A stretch of DNA of 51,070 nt from an uncultured Candidatus Saccharibacteria bacterium (GCA_964398815.1 CAYNNZ010000001.1:1-51070); one strand, 5' to 3'. Shown: positions 1 to 10,954, counted from the first letter of the stretch. Translations and numbers: made by a program. Notes: a model not told the origin generated them from the sequence alone.

Positions 1-2250
<2,250 letters not shown>

Positions 2251-2519
2251 AAACCTGAACACCACTAACGTTACTCCCCTTCAATGACTTACGGCATTGA
2301 AGGGTGTGATTTTGCAATTCAATCCCTCCCACTATCGGCTCGATAGCGGTCAGGTGTTGATTTACCTATTTTGCGTATTCGTGTGTCAACGACCCCGATG
2401 ATCTCTCTCCCAAGAAAAAAGCCCCTGACGGGGCGGTTCGCACTTTCGTGCGCCGAGCCTTCCGGCTCGAATCCGCTCCGTTAAGTAAGTAATTTCTTAG
2501 TAGTAATCACGTAATGCCG

Positions 2520-2548
2520 AGTATACGCGGGCCAAAAATCCTTGTCAA
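2520..2548 (-). promoter_or_regulatory. sigma70-type promoter for the 23S rRNA gene
   Basis: Minus strand reads TTGACA (2548-2543), a 17-nt spacer, then TATACT (2525-2520). It lies about 270 nt upstream of the 23S 5' end and downstream of the preceding gene's terminator. Confidence 0.6.
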
Positions 2549-2566
2549 ACATAGGCCCTCGCACGA

Positions 2567-2591
2567 CAAAGGCCCCAAAAAGGGGCCTTTG
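2567..2591 (-). terminator. hairpin terminator after the 2629..3309 gene
   Basis: Perfect 10-bp stem CAAAGGCCCC / GGGGCCTTTG with a 5-nt A/T loop. There is no long U tract, so this is moderate only. Confidence 0.5.
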
Positions 2592-2628
2592 TGCCCTCCC
2601 GAATACGGGAGGTGGAAAACTATGGGGA

Positions 2629-3309
2629 TTAGCCCGTAATCTCGTCGCGAACGCGCTCGATGTAGCGGCTTGCAGCCTGCTGTCCGCCGAGCCCAAAGGC
2701 AAGGCCGAATGCGAGTGCGAGTGCTACCACTACCCCGGTGAAGAGGGTCTGCACCAGTGGGCTGATGCCGAGGCGGTCGAGCGCTGCGAGAATCGCGAAC
2801 ACCCAGATAGCCCAGCGAGCGAGCGTTCCGAGGAGGCCGGCAGCCTTGAGGCCTGCTGCACGAGCGGAACCCGCAACCACGCGGTCTGCTGCTTCAGCGA
2901 TGACAGCAGCGACAAGCAGGATGAGGACCGCGACGATCACCTGCGGAATGTAAGTCAGCACGACGCCGCGCAGGAAGGCAGTGACGTCCGTGAGCCCAAG
3001 CACATCAAGCGATGCGACGAGGAACACGATGATGAAGAACCATTTCACGAGCTCGCCGAGGAACTTCCCCGAGTTGAGCTTGAATCCTGCGCGTTCGACC
3101 ACCTTCTCTACGCCAGCCGAACGGAGTGCCTGGTCAACCTTGATGCTCGCGATAACCTGAGCAACAAGGCGACCGAGACCTGCGCCGACGAGCCAGCCGA
3201 TGACGAAGATGATGATCGCTACGAGTAAGTTGGGCACGAACTGGACCAGTCCCCAGAACAAGCTCTGGAGGGACTGATTCAATACGTCTGCCCACGTGGT
3301 GAGGAACAT
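2629..3309 (-). CDS. multi-pass membrane protein with conserved-TM-helix repeats (CmpX / MscS-associated-like)
   Basis: The 226-aa ORF has repeated hydrophobic helices with Gly/Ala-rich motifs (VIGWLVGAGLGRLVAQVI..., LVAAVIAEAADRVV...). The family assignment is from memory of the TM_helix repeat. Confidence 0.75.
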   Translation of the reverse strand: MFLTTWADVLNQSLQSLFWGLVQFVPNLLVAIIIFVIGWLVGAGLGRLVAQVIASIKVDQALRSAGVEKVVERAGFKLNSGKFLGELVKWFFIIVFLVASLDVLGLTDVTAFLRGVVLTYIPQVIVAVLILLVAAVIAEAADRVVAGSARAAGLKAAGLLGTLARWAIWVFAILAALDRLGISPLVQTLFTGVVVALALAFGLAFGLGGQQAASRYIERVRDEITG

Positions 3310-3425
3310 AGTGATACGCTTTCGCGATTAGTGGCTAATGCTGCCCCTGGGAGAATCCCAAGGACCTGCCTACTTAAAAGTGTAGCAACCGGACCGTGAA
3401 CCGGATATGACGGTGTGGATAGGGC

Positions 3426-3998
3426 TTATTGAGCAGAAATTCGGTCGAGAATGGTGCGGTTTGGATAGTCGAACACGTCACGCAGCAGGCGGTCGTAGAC
3501 CCCGATGCGATATTTAAACTCTTCGGTAGTGAACGATGCATAGCGAAGCTCGCGTCCAAGCTCTGCCTCGAGACTATGAATCGCATTCGCAAGCGGCTTC
3601 TCATCAAGACGGTCTCCTACCACGAGCAGGTCTACCTTTGACTCGACTGCGCCCGTGAACATTCCTGAAAGCGCGACCACACGAAGGGTGCCGGCGCGTC
3701 GCAACTTCGTGAGAATATCTCCGTCGCTCACGTCTGTAGTCTCACGAACGAATCGCTGGAGTGGCCCGTAGAACGGCGACTTCTTATTTGCGGAGTAGCC
3801 GCTTGCGCCCTTCCCTGCGCGCTTCTTTATGACATCCGCAGCGACAAGTACCGTGATTTCTTTTCGCGCAGCAGCAACGGCTACCTTAGTGCGGAACGCA
3901 GCATCTGACGCGGAGAAAATCGTGTCGTCATTGAAGAGGAAGAGGCGAAGCAGTTTGAGGCGTGCCGGGTTTCCGAAAAGTCGTGAAAGAGGGTCCAT
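3426..3998 (-). CDS. hypothetical protein (N-terminal winged-helix-like region, C-terminal alpha/beta domain)
   Basis: The 190-aa ORF has clean coding potential. A candidate promoter TTGCAG-18-TACAAT ends 14 nt upstream of the ATG. Confidence 0.8.
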   Translation of the reverse strand: MDPLSRLFGNPARLKLLRLFLFNDDTIFSASDAAFRTKVAVAAARKEITVLVAADVIKKRAGKGASGYSANKKSPFYGPLQRFVRETTDVSDGDILTKLRRAGTLRVVALSGMFTGAVESKVDLLVVGDRLDEKPLANAIHSLEAELGRELRYASFTTEEFKYRIGVYDRLLRDVFDYPNRTILDRISAQ

Positions 3999-4058
3999 GA
4001 GGTGGTGGGGGCATTGTACCTACCCGCTCCCCTGCCCTGCAACTTTCTCATCAGACAA

Positions 4059-4090
4059 CGAAAAACGCCCGCTGTCGCGGGCGCTTTTCG
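4059..4090 (-). terminator. intrinsic terminator after rplL
   Basis: GC-rich stem GCGCCCGC-GACA-GCGGGCG extended by A/U pairs, followed by U-rich sequence on the minus strand. Confidence 0.7.
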
Positions 4091-4108
4091 TTAGAACAAC
4101 TGGCTTGA

Positions 4109-4582
4109 TTACTTGAACGTGACCTTGCCTCCTGCCTCCTCAATCTTCTTCTTGAGGTCTTCTGCATCCTCCTTGGACGCATTCTCCTTGATCATGTTCG
4201 GAGCGCCATCAACAAGATCCTTCGCCTCCTTAAGGCCGAGGCCGAGTGCCTCCTTCACTACCTTAATGACCTGAATCTTTGCGGCACCGCCGTCAGTAAG
4301 CTCGACGTTGACGGTGGACTTGCCCTCGTCAGCGGCGCCTGCAGCGGCAGGACCTGCGACTGCGACTGCAGCAGCAGATACGCCGAACTTCTTCTCGAAG
4401 ACCTTCACGAGCTCGTTGAGCTCGAGAACAGTCATCGCCTCGATTTCCTCGACGAACTTCTTGAACTTAGCCGGCACCTCTACAGATGCCTCTTCTGCTG
4501 CGGCAGGCGCAGCGGCCGGAGCAGCCTCCTCACTAGGCGCGGCTTCGGTGGTCTCTTCCTGCTTTACTTCTTCTTCAGCCAT
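4109..4582 (-). CDS. rplL: 50S ribosomal protein L7/L12 with an acidic/Ala-Pro N-terminal extension
   Basis: C-terminal match to L12: ...[23 protein letters not shown]...[49 protein letters not shown]. The ORF is 157 aa against the usual ~120-125 aa. Confidence 0.93.
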   Translation of the reverse strand: MAEEEVKQEETTEAAPSEEAAPAAAPAAAEEASVEVPAKFKKFVEEIEAMTVLELNELVKVFEKKFGVSAAAVAVAGPAAAGAADEGKSTVNVELTDGGAAKIQVIKVVKEALGLGLKEAKDLVDGAPNMIKENASKEDAEDLKKKIEEAGGKVTFK

Positions 4583-4606
4583 ACGATTGTAATTGGATTA
4601 GATAAT

Positions 4607-5098
4607 TTATGCCTTCTTCTGTGCAACCTGATCGAGCGCAATCACGAGTCCCTGGATAGGGCTGTTGATGACGTTCACGAACATGCCGCGAAGCACCGGA
4701 ACGCTCGGAATCGTAGCGATAGCGTTCATCTGGGACGCGTCTGCGAATGCAGACTCCCAGATGCCACCGACGATCGAGAGAAGGTCCTTGTGCTTCTTGC
4801 CGAGCTCGTAGATTTCGCGGGGCGGTGCCGTCGCGTCATCCTTGCTCCATGCAAGTGCGATTTCGCCTGGCATCTCCGGAATCTCTCCCGTGTAGCCCTG
4901 CTCGCCGAGCACGCGCTTGATGAGGGTCTTCTTCGCTACGTAGTAGCCGATACCCTGCTCGCGCAGTGACTTGCGCATCTCGGAGGTGTCCTTCACGGAC
5001 ATCCCCTTGAAGTGCACGAAGACGACTGATGCGGCGTCTTTGACTGCGTCAGCAATCTTCGCCGTAATCTCTACCTTCTTCTGCTTTGTAATTGCCAT
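4607..5098 (-). CDS. rplJ: 50S ribosomal protein L10
   Basis: MAITKQKKVEITAKIADAVKDAASVVFVHFKGMSVKDTSEMRKSLRE... is typical of L10, and the gene sits directly upstream of rplL. Start is placed at the internal ATG (5098); the ORF-track start at 5137 adds 13 atypical residues. Confidence 0.9.
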   Translation of the reverse strand: MAITKQKKVEITAKIADAVKDAASVVFVHFKGMSVKDTSEMRKSLREQGIGYYVAKKTLIKRVLGEQGYTGEIPEMPGEIALAWSKDDATAPPREIYELGKKHKDLLSIVGGIWESAFADASQMNAIATIPSVPVLRGMFVNVINSPIQGLVIALDQVAQKKA

Positions 5099-5267
5099 AA
5101 TTTGTTTTCGTGTACGAAACGGAAACGGGTCCGCCACCGTAAGGTGGAGGACCGTTGGAGACAGTCGACCCCGAAATACCGCTTAGTGCGAGATTCGGTT
5201 TCGTCCCTCGGCAGGTGCTTATTAAATTCCCTCAATAGGAATTGAGCCTGCTGTCTTCGGTCCGTAC
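5099..5267 (-). promoter_or_regulatory. long structured 5' leader of rplJ (candidate L10 autoregulatory leader)
   Basis: About 170 nt separate the predicted promoter from the rplJ ATG. The leader has several hairpins (e.g. GGTCC-GCCACC-GTAA-GGTGG-A-GGACC). Many bacteria carry an L10(L12)4-binding leader at this position. Confidence 0.4.
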
Positions 5268-5273
5268 CCGGGC

Positions 5274-5302
5274 ACTATATTCCACCTAAGTCTTCTTCGC
5301 AA
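5274..5302 (-). promoter_or_regulatory. sigma70-type promoter of rplJ-rplL
   Basis: Minus strand: TTGCGA (5302-5297), 17-nt spacer, TATAGT (5279-5274). Confidence 0.55.
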
Positions 5303-5422
5303 CCTGAGTCGTCCAAAAGCACTCAGGGCGCGGCGCAAGCGAGAAGCGTACCGAGCCGTATGTGCTGATACGGTGAGGGAGCATCGGAGCGCAGCAACAA
5401 AGCGATGAGAGATTTTGGAGAC

Positions 5423-5521
5423 TCAGGCCGTGGGGCCGGTGAAGTGAATGGCAAGTAATGCCCCGCACACGAGAATTACGAAACCACCCAAGAATCCGAG
5501 GAATTCGATGAAGTACTTCAT
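5423..5521 (-). CDS. candidate 32-aa hydrophobic micro-protein (MKYFIEFLGFLGGFVILVCGALLAIHFTGPTA)
   Basis: Its ATG overlaps the TGA of the upstream TPR gene in an ATGA arrangement (5518-5521). It encodes a single predicted TM helix and is below the ORF-track length cut-off. Confidence 0.35.
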   Translation of the reverse strand: MKYFIEFLGFLGGFVILVCGALLAIHFTGPTA

Positions 5522-6045
5522 TTGACGCCAGTGTGATGGATGAGGAAATTCTGGCGCGCCGTTTGGTAGATAGGATTGTTCGGTTCAGCGGCAACCGCAG
5601 CATCGTATGCCTTATGCGCAGTCGCGAAGGCTCCCATCACCTCCATCAAATGCCCCATGTTCATATAGGCAAGGCCGCGCTTCGGATCCTTCTCGATGGC
5701 GCGGGAGAGGTATTGATACGCACTTTTGCCATCGCCCAAGAGCTCGTATTCGCTCGCGATGCCAACGTATATATCGTAGTCACCTACCCCTCCTTTCCCC
5801 AGAAGTGCCTTCAATTTCGTTATCTCGTCGCGAACATCCGCCTCCTTCTGTGCACCGTCTTGATAGACCCCCTTCCACGTCCACGATGAGATATGGTCCT
5901 CCTCCGCGACTTTGTATCCGCTCCCGATTCCTGCGCCCGAGCCGAGCACGATGGGAAGAATAAGAAAGCCGGCGCAGCCGACGAGCACAACGATGAGTGC
6001 TGCTAATTGCAGCGGCTTCAACTTCGATACCGACGGCAGCTTCAT
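5518..6045 (-). CDS. membrane-anchored TPR-repeat protein
   Basis: N-terminal TM helix, then TPR-like repeats (GDGKSAYQYLSRAIEKDPKRGLAYMNMGHLMEVMGAFATAHKAYDAAVAAEPNNP). Confidence 0.85.
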   Translation of the reverse strand: MKLPSVSKLKPLQLAALIVVLVGCAGFLILPIVLGSGAGIGSGYKVAEEDHISSWTWKGVYQDGAQKEADVRDEITKLKALLGKGGVGDYDIYVGIASEYELLGDGKSAYQYLSRAIEKDPKRGLAYMNMGHLMEVMGAFATAHKAYDAAVAAEPNNPIYQTARQNFLIHHTGVK

Positions 6046-6053
6046 TGACGCTC

Positions 6054-6062
6054 AGGATAGCA
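6054..6062 (-). promoter_or_regulatory. extended -10 element (TGcTATCCT) 8 nt upstream of the TPR gene ATG
   Basis: Minus strand TGC TATCCT, then 8 nt, then ATG (6045). It lies directly after the upstream terminator. Confidence 0.4.
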
Positions 6063-6063
6063 C

Positions 6064-6097
6064 AACGAAAGGCCGCCCCAGAGGGGCGGCCTTCGTT
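6064..6097 (-). terminator. intrinsic terminator after surface protein gene A
   Basis: Stem AACGAAAGGCCGCCCC / GGGGCGGCCTTCGTT with a 3-nt loop. Confidence 0.75.
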
Positions 6098-6118
6098 ACT
6101 CGTAACCCTGCTAACGGA

Positions 6119-8074
6119 TTAGTGGGTCGTCATTGAGACGTCCGCGGTCTTGAAGGTATCAAGGCCTGCCGTGTAGTAGAGCGTGCTGTCGTTCGTGTTG
6201 CTGTCGGTGTCGTAATTGATACCAGTGAGCATCACGCCCGTGAAGCCAGTCTGCGTAGCAGTGAGCGTTACGTTCAGCGTGAACGTACGGGTCGTGCCAG
6301 CAGGAACCTTGTACGAGGTCGCCGTGTCGCCGTTATTGGTGTCACCAACCGAGAGGTTGCTGACGCCCATGTTAGTTGCGCCCTGGGTCGAGCTCGTCGT
6401 GGTTGCCCACGCGACTCCTCCGCCAGCTGCAGACGGACTTGTCGTGCGCTGGATAGAGCGGTCGATGTAGAGGTCGTCATCTCCAGCAGTCACCTTGAAG
6501 GTGAGCGAGTACTGGGTCTGGTCGCCCTCGCCCGTGTTCTGGCCGACGGTCTTGTTGTAGGTCGCGTCGGTCTTAGCAACGGTGATACCGGTGGTCTGGA
6601 AGGTAACCGTACCGCCCGTGACTGAACCGGTCGGGTTCACATTGTCGCCGTTTGAGTCCTCGATGTCCCAAGAGTTGGAGACACTCGAAGTAGTAGCAAC
6701 AACCGTGTCCCCTGCGTCGAATGCGGTGCCCGAGGAACCCGTTCCTATCTTGCGAACGTTCGCAACGACCGTGAAGTTCTCTGAGTCGCCCTCGCTCACA
6801 TTCTCGTCAACGTTGTTGAAGACAATTTCTTCGTAGGTGCCCGCAGAAGACGGAATGGTCTTCGTGTCGAGCGTTGTGTTGCCGTGCATGAGGCGAACAG
6901 ACTGAATGACATCACCGACGTTGGTCGTACCGGAAACGGTAAGTCCAACTGGTACATCATTAATCGTCACGTTCTGATTGCGCACGCGAGCATTGAAGGA
7001 CAAGAGCGTGACATCGTCCGTAGAGTTGTCCGTGTCAGCCTTGACCACCGTGTTCTTCGGGTTATCGCTTGCCTCATTGAGGGAAACGGTACCGCCCGTT
7101 GCGGTCGAGACCGAGAACGTCTGGCTCGTCGAGCCTGACGGAGTGTAGGTCTCGCTGATTCCCTGTCCGTCAATCGCGCGAACTGCGTCGGTCGGGAATG
7201 CCGCAGTAATGGACACCCCTGACTCATCGCCGCCCACCGAGGAAACCGGAGTTACCTCGACATAGAACTGAGACGTCTTACCCTCGCGGATAATGCCGTT
7301 CAGGTCTGCGAAGCGGAAGGTCCACACGCGGCCGTCCTTATCACCAGAGGACGCGTCCATGGTGGCAAGCTTCTTGCCATCTTGATAGACGGAGACGCTG
7401 TCAACATAGCGATCGAGGTTGGAACTGCCCGTGTTACCAGCAATCGTGAACTTCACGTCGAGGCGCTGAACTGCAAGATCGGAATCCTGAGCCTCAGCCT
7501 CGAAGCCGAGCACCTTCGTAGCTGCATCGCCTTCATCAAGATCGCTCTCAATGTCGCCGAGCATGTCTACGTTGGTGAGACGACCTGCCCCACCCTGAAG
7601 TGCGCCGGTCGTGCCACCGGTGGTGCCGCCAGTCGAGCCGGTACCCACCATCGCGTTCACGCGAGCGCGGGTAATCGGACCGAAGTAGCCTGCAGTCGGA
7701 GTAATGCCGTTAGCTGCCTGGAAGGCCGCTACTGCTGCGCGAGTCTGGACACCGAAGTATCCGGTAGCGCCGGCTGGGATGCTGTATCCCTTGGCAATGA
7801 GCCATGTCTGAAGCGCAATCACATCTGCTCCGCGGGAGCCGATGGTGAGATCGCGTGTGTAGACATAGGAGCCAGTGGATGCACTCCCGTTAAGCTGTGC
7901 CTGGAGCGCAGCAATCTGCGCCATAAGCGCTGCAATCTGCGCCTGCATCTGTGCGTTGGTTGAAGTGCTCTGCGCGTGCGCTGCCGGAGCGGCAAATGCG
8001 AACGAAGAGAGTACGAGACCTGCACCTGCAATAAGCGCTGCAATCTGTGCAACCCTTGTATTTGTGCTAGTCAT
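6119..8074 (-). CDS. secreted surface protein with a peptidoglycan-binding domain and a large beta-rich C-terminal region (paralog A)
   Basis: Signal peptide (..FAFAAPAAHAQ), coiled segment QAQIAALMAQIAALQAQL, PG_binding_1-like motif (GADVIALQTWLIAKGYSIPAGATGYFGVQTRAAVAAFQAANGI), and a Gly/Thr linker. Long identical blocks are shared with the 8465..10387 gene. Confidence 0.9.
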   Translation of the reverse strand: MTSTNTRVAQIAALIAGAGLVLSSFAFAAPAAHAQSTSTNAQMQAQIAALMAQIAALQAQLNGSASTGSYVYTRDLTIGSRGADVIALQTWLIAKGYSIPAGATGYFGVQTRAAVAAFQAANGITPTAGYFGPITRARVNAMVGTGSTGGTTGGTTGALQGGAGRLTNVDMLGDIESDLDEGDAATKVLGFEAEAQDSDLAVQRLDVKFTIAGNTGSSNLDRYVDSVSVYQDGKKLATMDASSGDKDGRVWTFRFADLNGIIREGKTSQFYVEVTPVSSVGGDESGVSITAAFPTDAVRAIDGQGISETYTPSGSTSQTFSVSTATGGTVSLNEASDNPKNTVVKADTDNSTDDVTLLSFNARVRNQNVTINDVPVGLTVSGTTNVGDVIQSVRLMHGNTTLDTKTIPSSAGTYEEIVFNNVDENVSEGDSENFTVVANVRKIGTGSSGTAFDAGDTVVATTSSVSNSWDIEDSNGDNVNPTGSVTGGTVTFQTTGITVAKTDATYNKTVGQNTGEGDQTQYSLTFKVTAGDDDLYIDRSIQRTTSPSAAGGGVAWATTTSSTQGATNMGVSNLSVGDTNNGDTATSYKVPAGTTRTFTLNVTLTATQTGFTGVMLTGINYDTDSNTNDSTLYYTAGLDTFKTADVSMTTH

Positions 8075-8381
8075 AATTTTCTAATTTATTTAGTCGGGAA
8101 CGGAGCGCGGTTGGGTATAGATAAAGCGCACCCGTTCCACTGAGTAATATTCCCTACTCCCCAGCGAAATCTGCGATCGACCCCATGTAGATCACTTCCG
8201 GGTAGTTGTCGTGGGATTGTTTCGTGCCGAATGCTTTCGTTACGGACAGACAATCGTTCCGCGTCACTAAGGAGGACGAGCAAAGGCGCTGTCTCTTACC
8301 TACCCTTCCCCCTTATACCTAGTGTCTTACTCGTATGTACCTGTTGTTTTAGTGAACGCCGCAGTTGGTGTGCAGGGAAAA

Positions 8382-8413
8382 GCAAAAACCGCCCTCGTAA
8401 GGGCGGTTTTTGC
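8382..8413 (-). terminator. intrinsic terminator after surface protein gene B
   Basis: GCAAAAACCGCCC-TCGTAA-GGGCGGTTTTTGC, followed by TTTT on the minus strand. Confidence 0.8.
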
Positions 8414-8464
8414 TTTTGGTTCCCTAAGTGCCGTAGCGCTTAGTTCCCCGAGTCCACTAAGTGA

Positions 8465-10387
8465 TTAGTGGGTCGTCATCGAGACGTCAGCCGTCTTGTA
8501 GGTGTCGAGGCCAGAGGCGTAGACAGCACCCATAGAGGTGGTCGTGCCGTAGCTGATACCGACAAGCTGTACGCCGGTGAAGCCGGTGGTCGTTGCCGTG
8601 AGCGTCACGTTGAGCGTGAAGGTACGGGTCGTGCCAGACGGAATCTTGTAGTTCGATGCAGTGTCACCAGAGTTCGTGTCGCCAACTGCGAAGTTGGTTG
8701 CGATTCCTGGAGTTGCCATCGAGGTTCCACCCTGAGTCGAAGACGTGGTGGTTGCCCACTGGATGCCTCCGTTGTTGGTGGTTGCCGTTCCGGTCGTTGC
8801 GAGACGAGTGATGGTGCGAGAGATGTACAGGTCATCATCGCCGGCCGTAACCTTGAATGAGAGCGAGTACTGAGTCTTGTCACCTTCGCCTGCGTTCTGA
8901 CCAACAGTCTTGTTGTAAGACGCGTCGGTCTTAGCAACAGTGATGCCAGTTGCCTGGAACGAGATGTTGTTGCCCGTGAGGGAACCGGTCGGGTTGACGG
9001 TACCGCCATCCTCGTCCTCTACGTCCCAAGAGTTGGAGACGCTAGAGGTCGTAGCGTAGAGGTAGTCACCACCGTTGAACGAGTTGCCCGAGTCAATCTT
9101 GCGAACGTTAACCACAACCGTGAAGTTGGTGGAGCTGTCCTTAGAGATCGTCTGGTCGATGTTATCGAAGACGACTTCCTCGTACGAAGCGTTCGTGCTC
9201 GAAAGGGTCTTGGTCTTGAGGACCGTGTTGCCCTTCATAAGCTTAACGGACTGGATGTACTCGCTGATCTTCACTGCGTTGGAGTTGAGGCCAACCGGAA
9301 GGTCATGAACAGTCACGTCCTGGTTCTTCGCCTTGAGGTTGAAGGACGTAAGAGTGATGTTCTCAGTCGTGTCGTTGATGTCAGCCTTTACCGTCGTTGC
9401 CTTCGGGTTATCGGAACCCTCGTTGATCGAGAGCGTGCCGTTAGTTGCCGTAGAGACAGTGAAGGACTGGCTGGTCGTGCCGGACGGAGTGTAGGTCTCC
9501 GAAACACCCTCAGCATCGACTGCGCGTACGCCGTCGGTCGGGATGTTTGCGGTGATCGAATCACCATCCTCATCAGAACCAATCGAGGTAACCGGAGTGA
9601 CCTTTACGTAGAACGAAGAGGTCTTGCCCTCGCGGATTACGCCGTTGAGGTCTGCGAAGCGGAACGTCCATACGCGGCCGTCCTTATCACCTGCAGATGC
9701 GCTCATAGAACCGAGCTTCTTGCCGTCCTGGTATACAGCGACAGTGTCGATGTACTTGTTGAGGCTAGCAGAGCCGCCCGAGTTTGCGATCGTGAACTTC
9801 ACGTCGAGGCGCTGAACTGCGACATCAGAGTCCTGTGCTTCTGCTTCGAAGCCAATGACCTGAGTTGCTGCGTCACCCTCGTCGAGGTCGCTCTCGATGT
9901 CGCCGAGCATGTCGACGTTCTTGAGCTTACCTGCGCCGCCGGTAAGACCGGAGGTGCCGGTGGTGCCGCCGGTCGAGCCACCTGCAGATGCGTTAGCAGC
10001 TGCGCGGGACTTAGGACCGAAGTAACCAGCAGCCGGAGTGATGCCAGCAGCTGCCTGCCATGCTGCTACTGCTGCCTTCGTCTGTGCGCCGAAGTAGCCA
10101 GTTGCGCCTGCCGGGATGCTGTAACCCTTGCTGATGAGCCAGTTCTGAAGAGCGGTAACCTCCGTTCCCTTCGAGCCGATGGTGAGATCCATCGTGAACG
10201 ATGCGGAAGCGGAACCACCTGCCTGTGCCATAAGGGCAGCAAGCTGTGCCTGAAGTGCTGCGATCTGTGCTGCAACGTCAGTCGAAGCTGCGCGTGCCGG
10301 AGCAGCTGCAGCGAACGACATAGCGACGAGGCCGAGGCCTGCGACGACAGCCGCGATCTTAGCGATGTTTGTCTGTGCAATAGACAT
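8465..10387 (-). CDS. secreted surface protein with a peptidoglycan-binding domain (paralog B)
   Basis: Same architecture as paralog A. Start is set at MSIAQTNIAKIAAVVAGLGL (ATG 10387), which aligns with the paralog A N-terminus; the ORF-track start at 10519 adds 44 atypical residues. Confidence 0.9.
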   Translation of the reverse strand: MSIAQTNIAKIAAVVAGLGLVAMSFAAAAPARAASTDVAAQIAALQAQLAALMAQAGGSASASFTMDLTIGSKGTEVTALQNWLISKGYSIPAGATGYFGAQTKAAVAAWQAAAGITPAAGYFGPKSRAAANASAGGSTGGTTGTSGLTGGAGKLKNVDMLGDIESDLDEGDAATQVIGFEAEAQDSDVAVQRLDVKFTIANSGGSASLNKYIDTVAVYQDGKKLGSMSASAGDKDGRVWTFRFADLNGVIREGKTSSFYVKVTPVTSIGSDEDGDSITANIPTDGVRAVDAEGVSETYTPSGTTSQSFTVSTATNGTLSINEGSDNPKATTVKADINDTTENITLTSFNLKAKNQDVTVHDLPVGLNSNAVKISEYIQSVKLMKGNTVLKTKTLSSTNASYEEVVFDNIDQTISKDSSTNFTVVVNVRKIDSGNSFNGGDYLYATTSSVSNSWDVEDEDGGTVNPTGSLTGNNISFQATGITVAKTDASYNKTVGQNAGEGDKTQYSLSFKVTAGDDDLYISRTITRLATTGTATTNNGGIQWATTTSSTQGGTSMATPGIATNFAVGDTNSGDTASNYKIPSGTTRTFTLNVTLTATTTGFTGVQLVGISYGTTTSMGAVYASGLDTYKTADVSMTTH

Positions 10388-10837
10388 ATAACTGTATTTT
10401 TTAATTTGTTTTTTGAGGCGTACGGAGCTGCGTCTAGTAAAGGTGCTTCTCCATACGCTCCCATTCGAGTTTAGTAATCGCGCGAAACAGGGTCCGTAGA
10501 CCGGGCGCTTCGCGTTCATGTGCGCACTTCCCTTTCACACTATCCGACAGAACGCTCTATCGACGCGCGTCCCATCGGCTAGTTGGCAAACGTTAGGTTT
10601 CATTCTGCGTTCATCCGTAATCAGTACGATACCGGTATCCTGGCCCGCCACGCGTAGTGACGGGACTGCGCACGCAAACTTACATTGCGTGGCAGATTGT
10701 TTACAAGCCCTATGTGCTTGTCAAAGTTCGGTCGTACAGGAATCGCCCCAGCTCGTATCAGGTATGGGAGTCAGTATACGTCGCTTGAACAAAAACCCCT
10801 GTAAAACCAATGTGGATAACCGGGTCGCTACAGAACG

Positions 10838-10865
10838 CAAAAGAGACCGTTTCCGGTCTTATTCG
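10838..10865 (-). terminator. small hairpin terminator downstream of the 10955..11722 gene
   Basis: AGACCG-GAAA-CGGTCT followed by CTTTTG on the minus strand. Confidence 0.45.
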
Positions 10866-10954
10866 TGTGATCTGCCTCCCGTGGTCATCACGGGCGTACT
10901 GTAGCCCAGACCCACCCTTTCGTCAATGAGGCCTTCACCTGGGCCATTTTCGGT

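Noticed and set aside
4478-4582. Treating the L7/L12 N-terminal extension as an annotation error and moving the start to an internal GTG
   Set aside because: An in-frame GTG exists (VEV-PAKFKK) with a purine-rich stretch upstream, but the spacing is poor and other ribosomal proteins here carry similar acidic extensions. I kept the long form and flagged the uncertainty.
8075-8381. c-di-AMP (ydaO-type) or other cell-wall-associated riboswitch in the leaders of the PG-binding protein genes
   Set aside because: I looked for the conserved blocks I remember (e.g. GGGGACCCA, GGGGUGAAUC) and found none. The two leaders also share no sequence, so the call cannot be supported without a covariance-model search.
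9305-10474. 389-aa plus-strand ORF, with similar ones at 7382..7963 and 8468..8860, antisense to the surface-protein genes
   Set aside because: These are mirror-frame artefacts of GC-rich, Thr/Ser/Val-biased coding sequence on the other strand. The Cys/Arg-rich translations have no protein-like features, whereas the minus-strand genes have a signal peptide, a PG-binding domain and a paralog.
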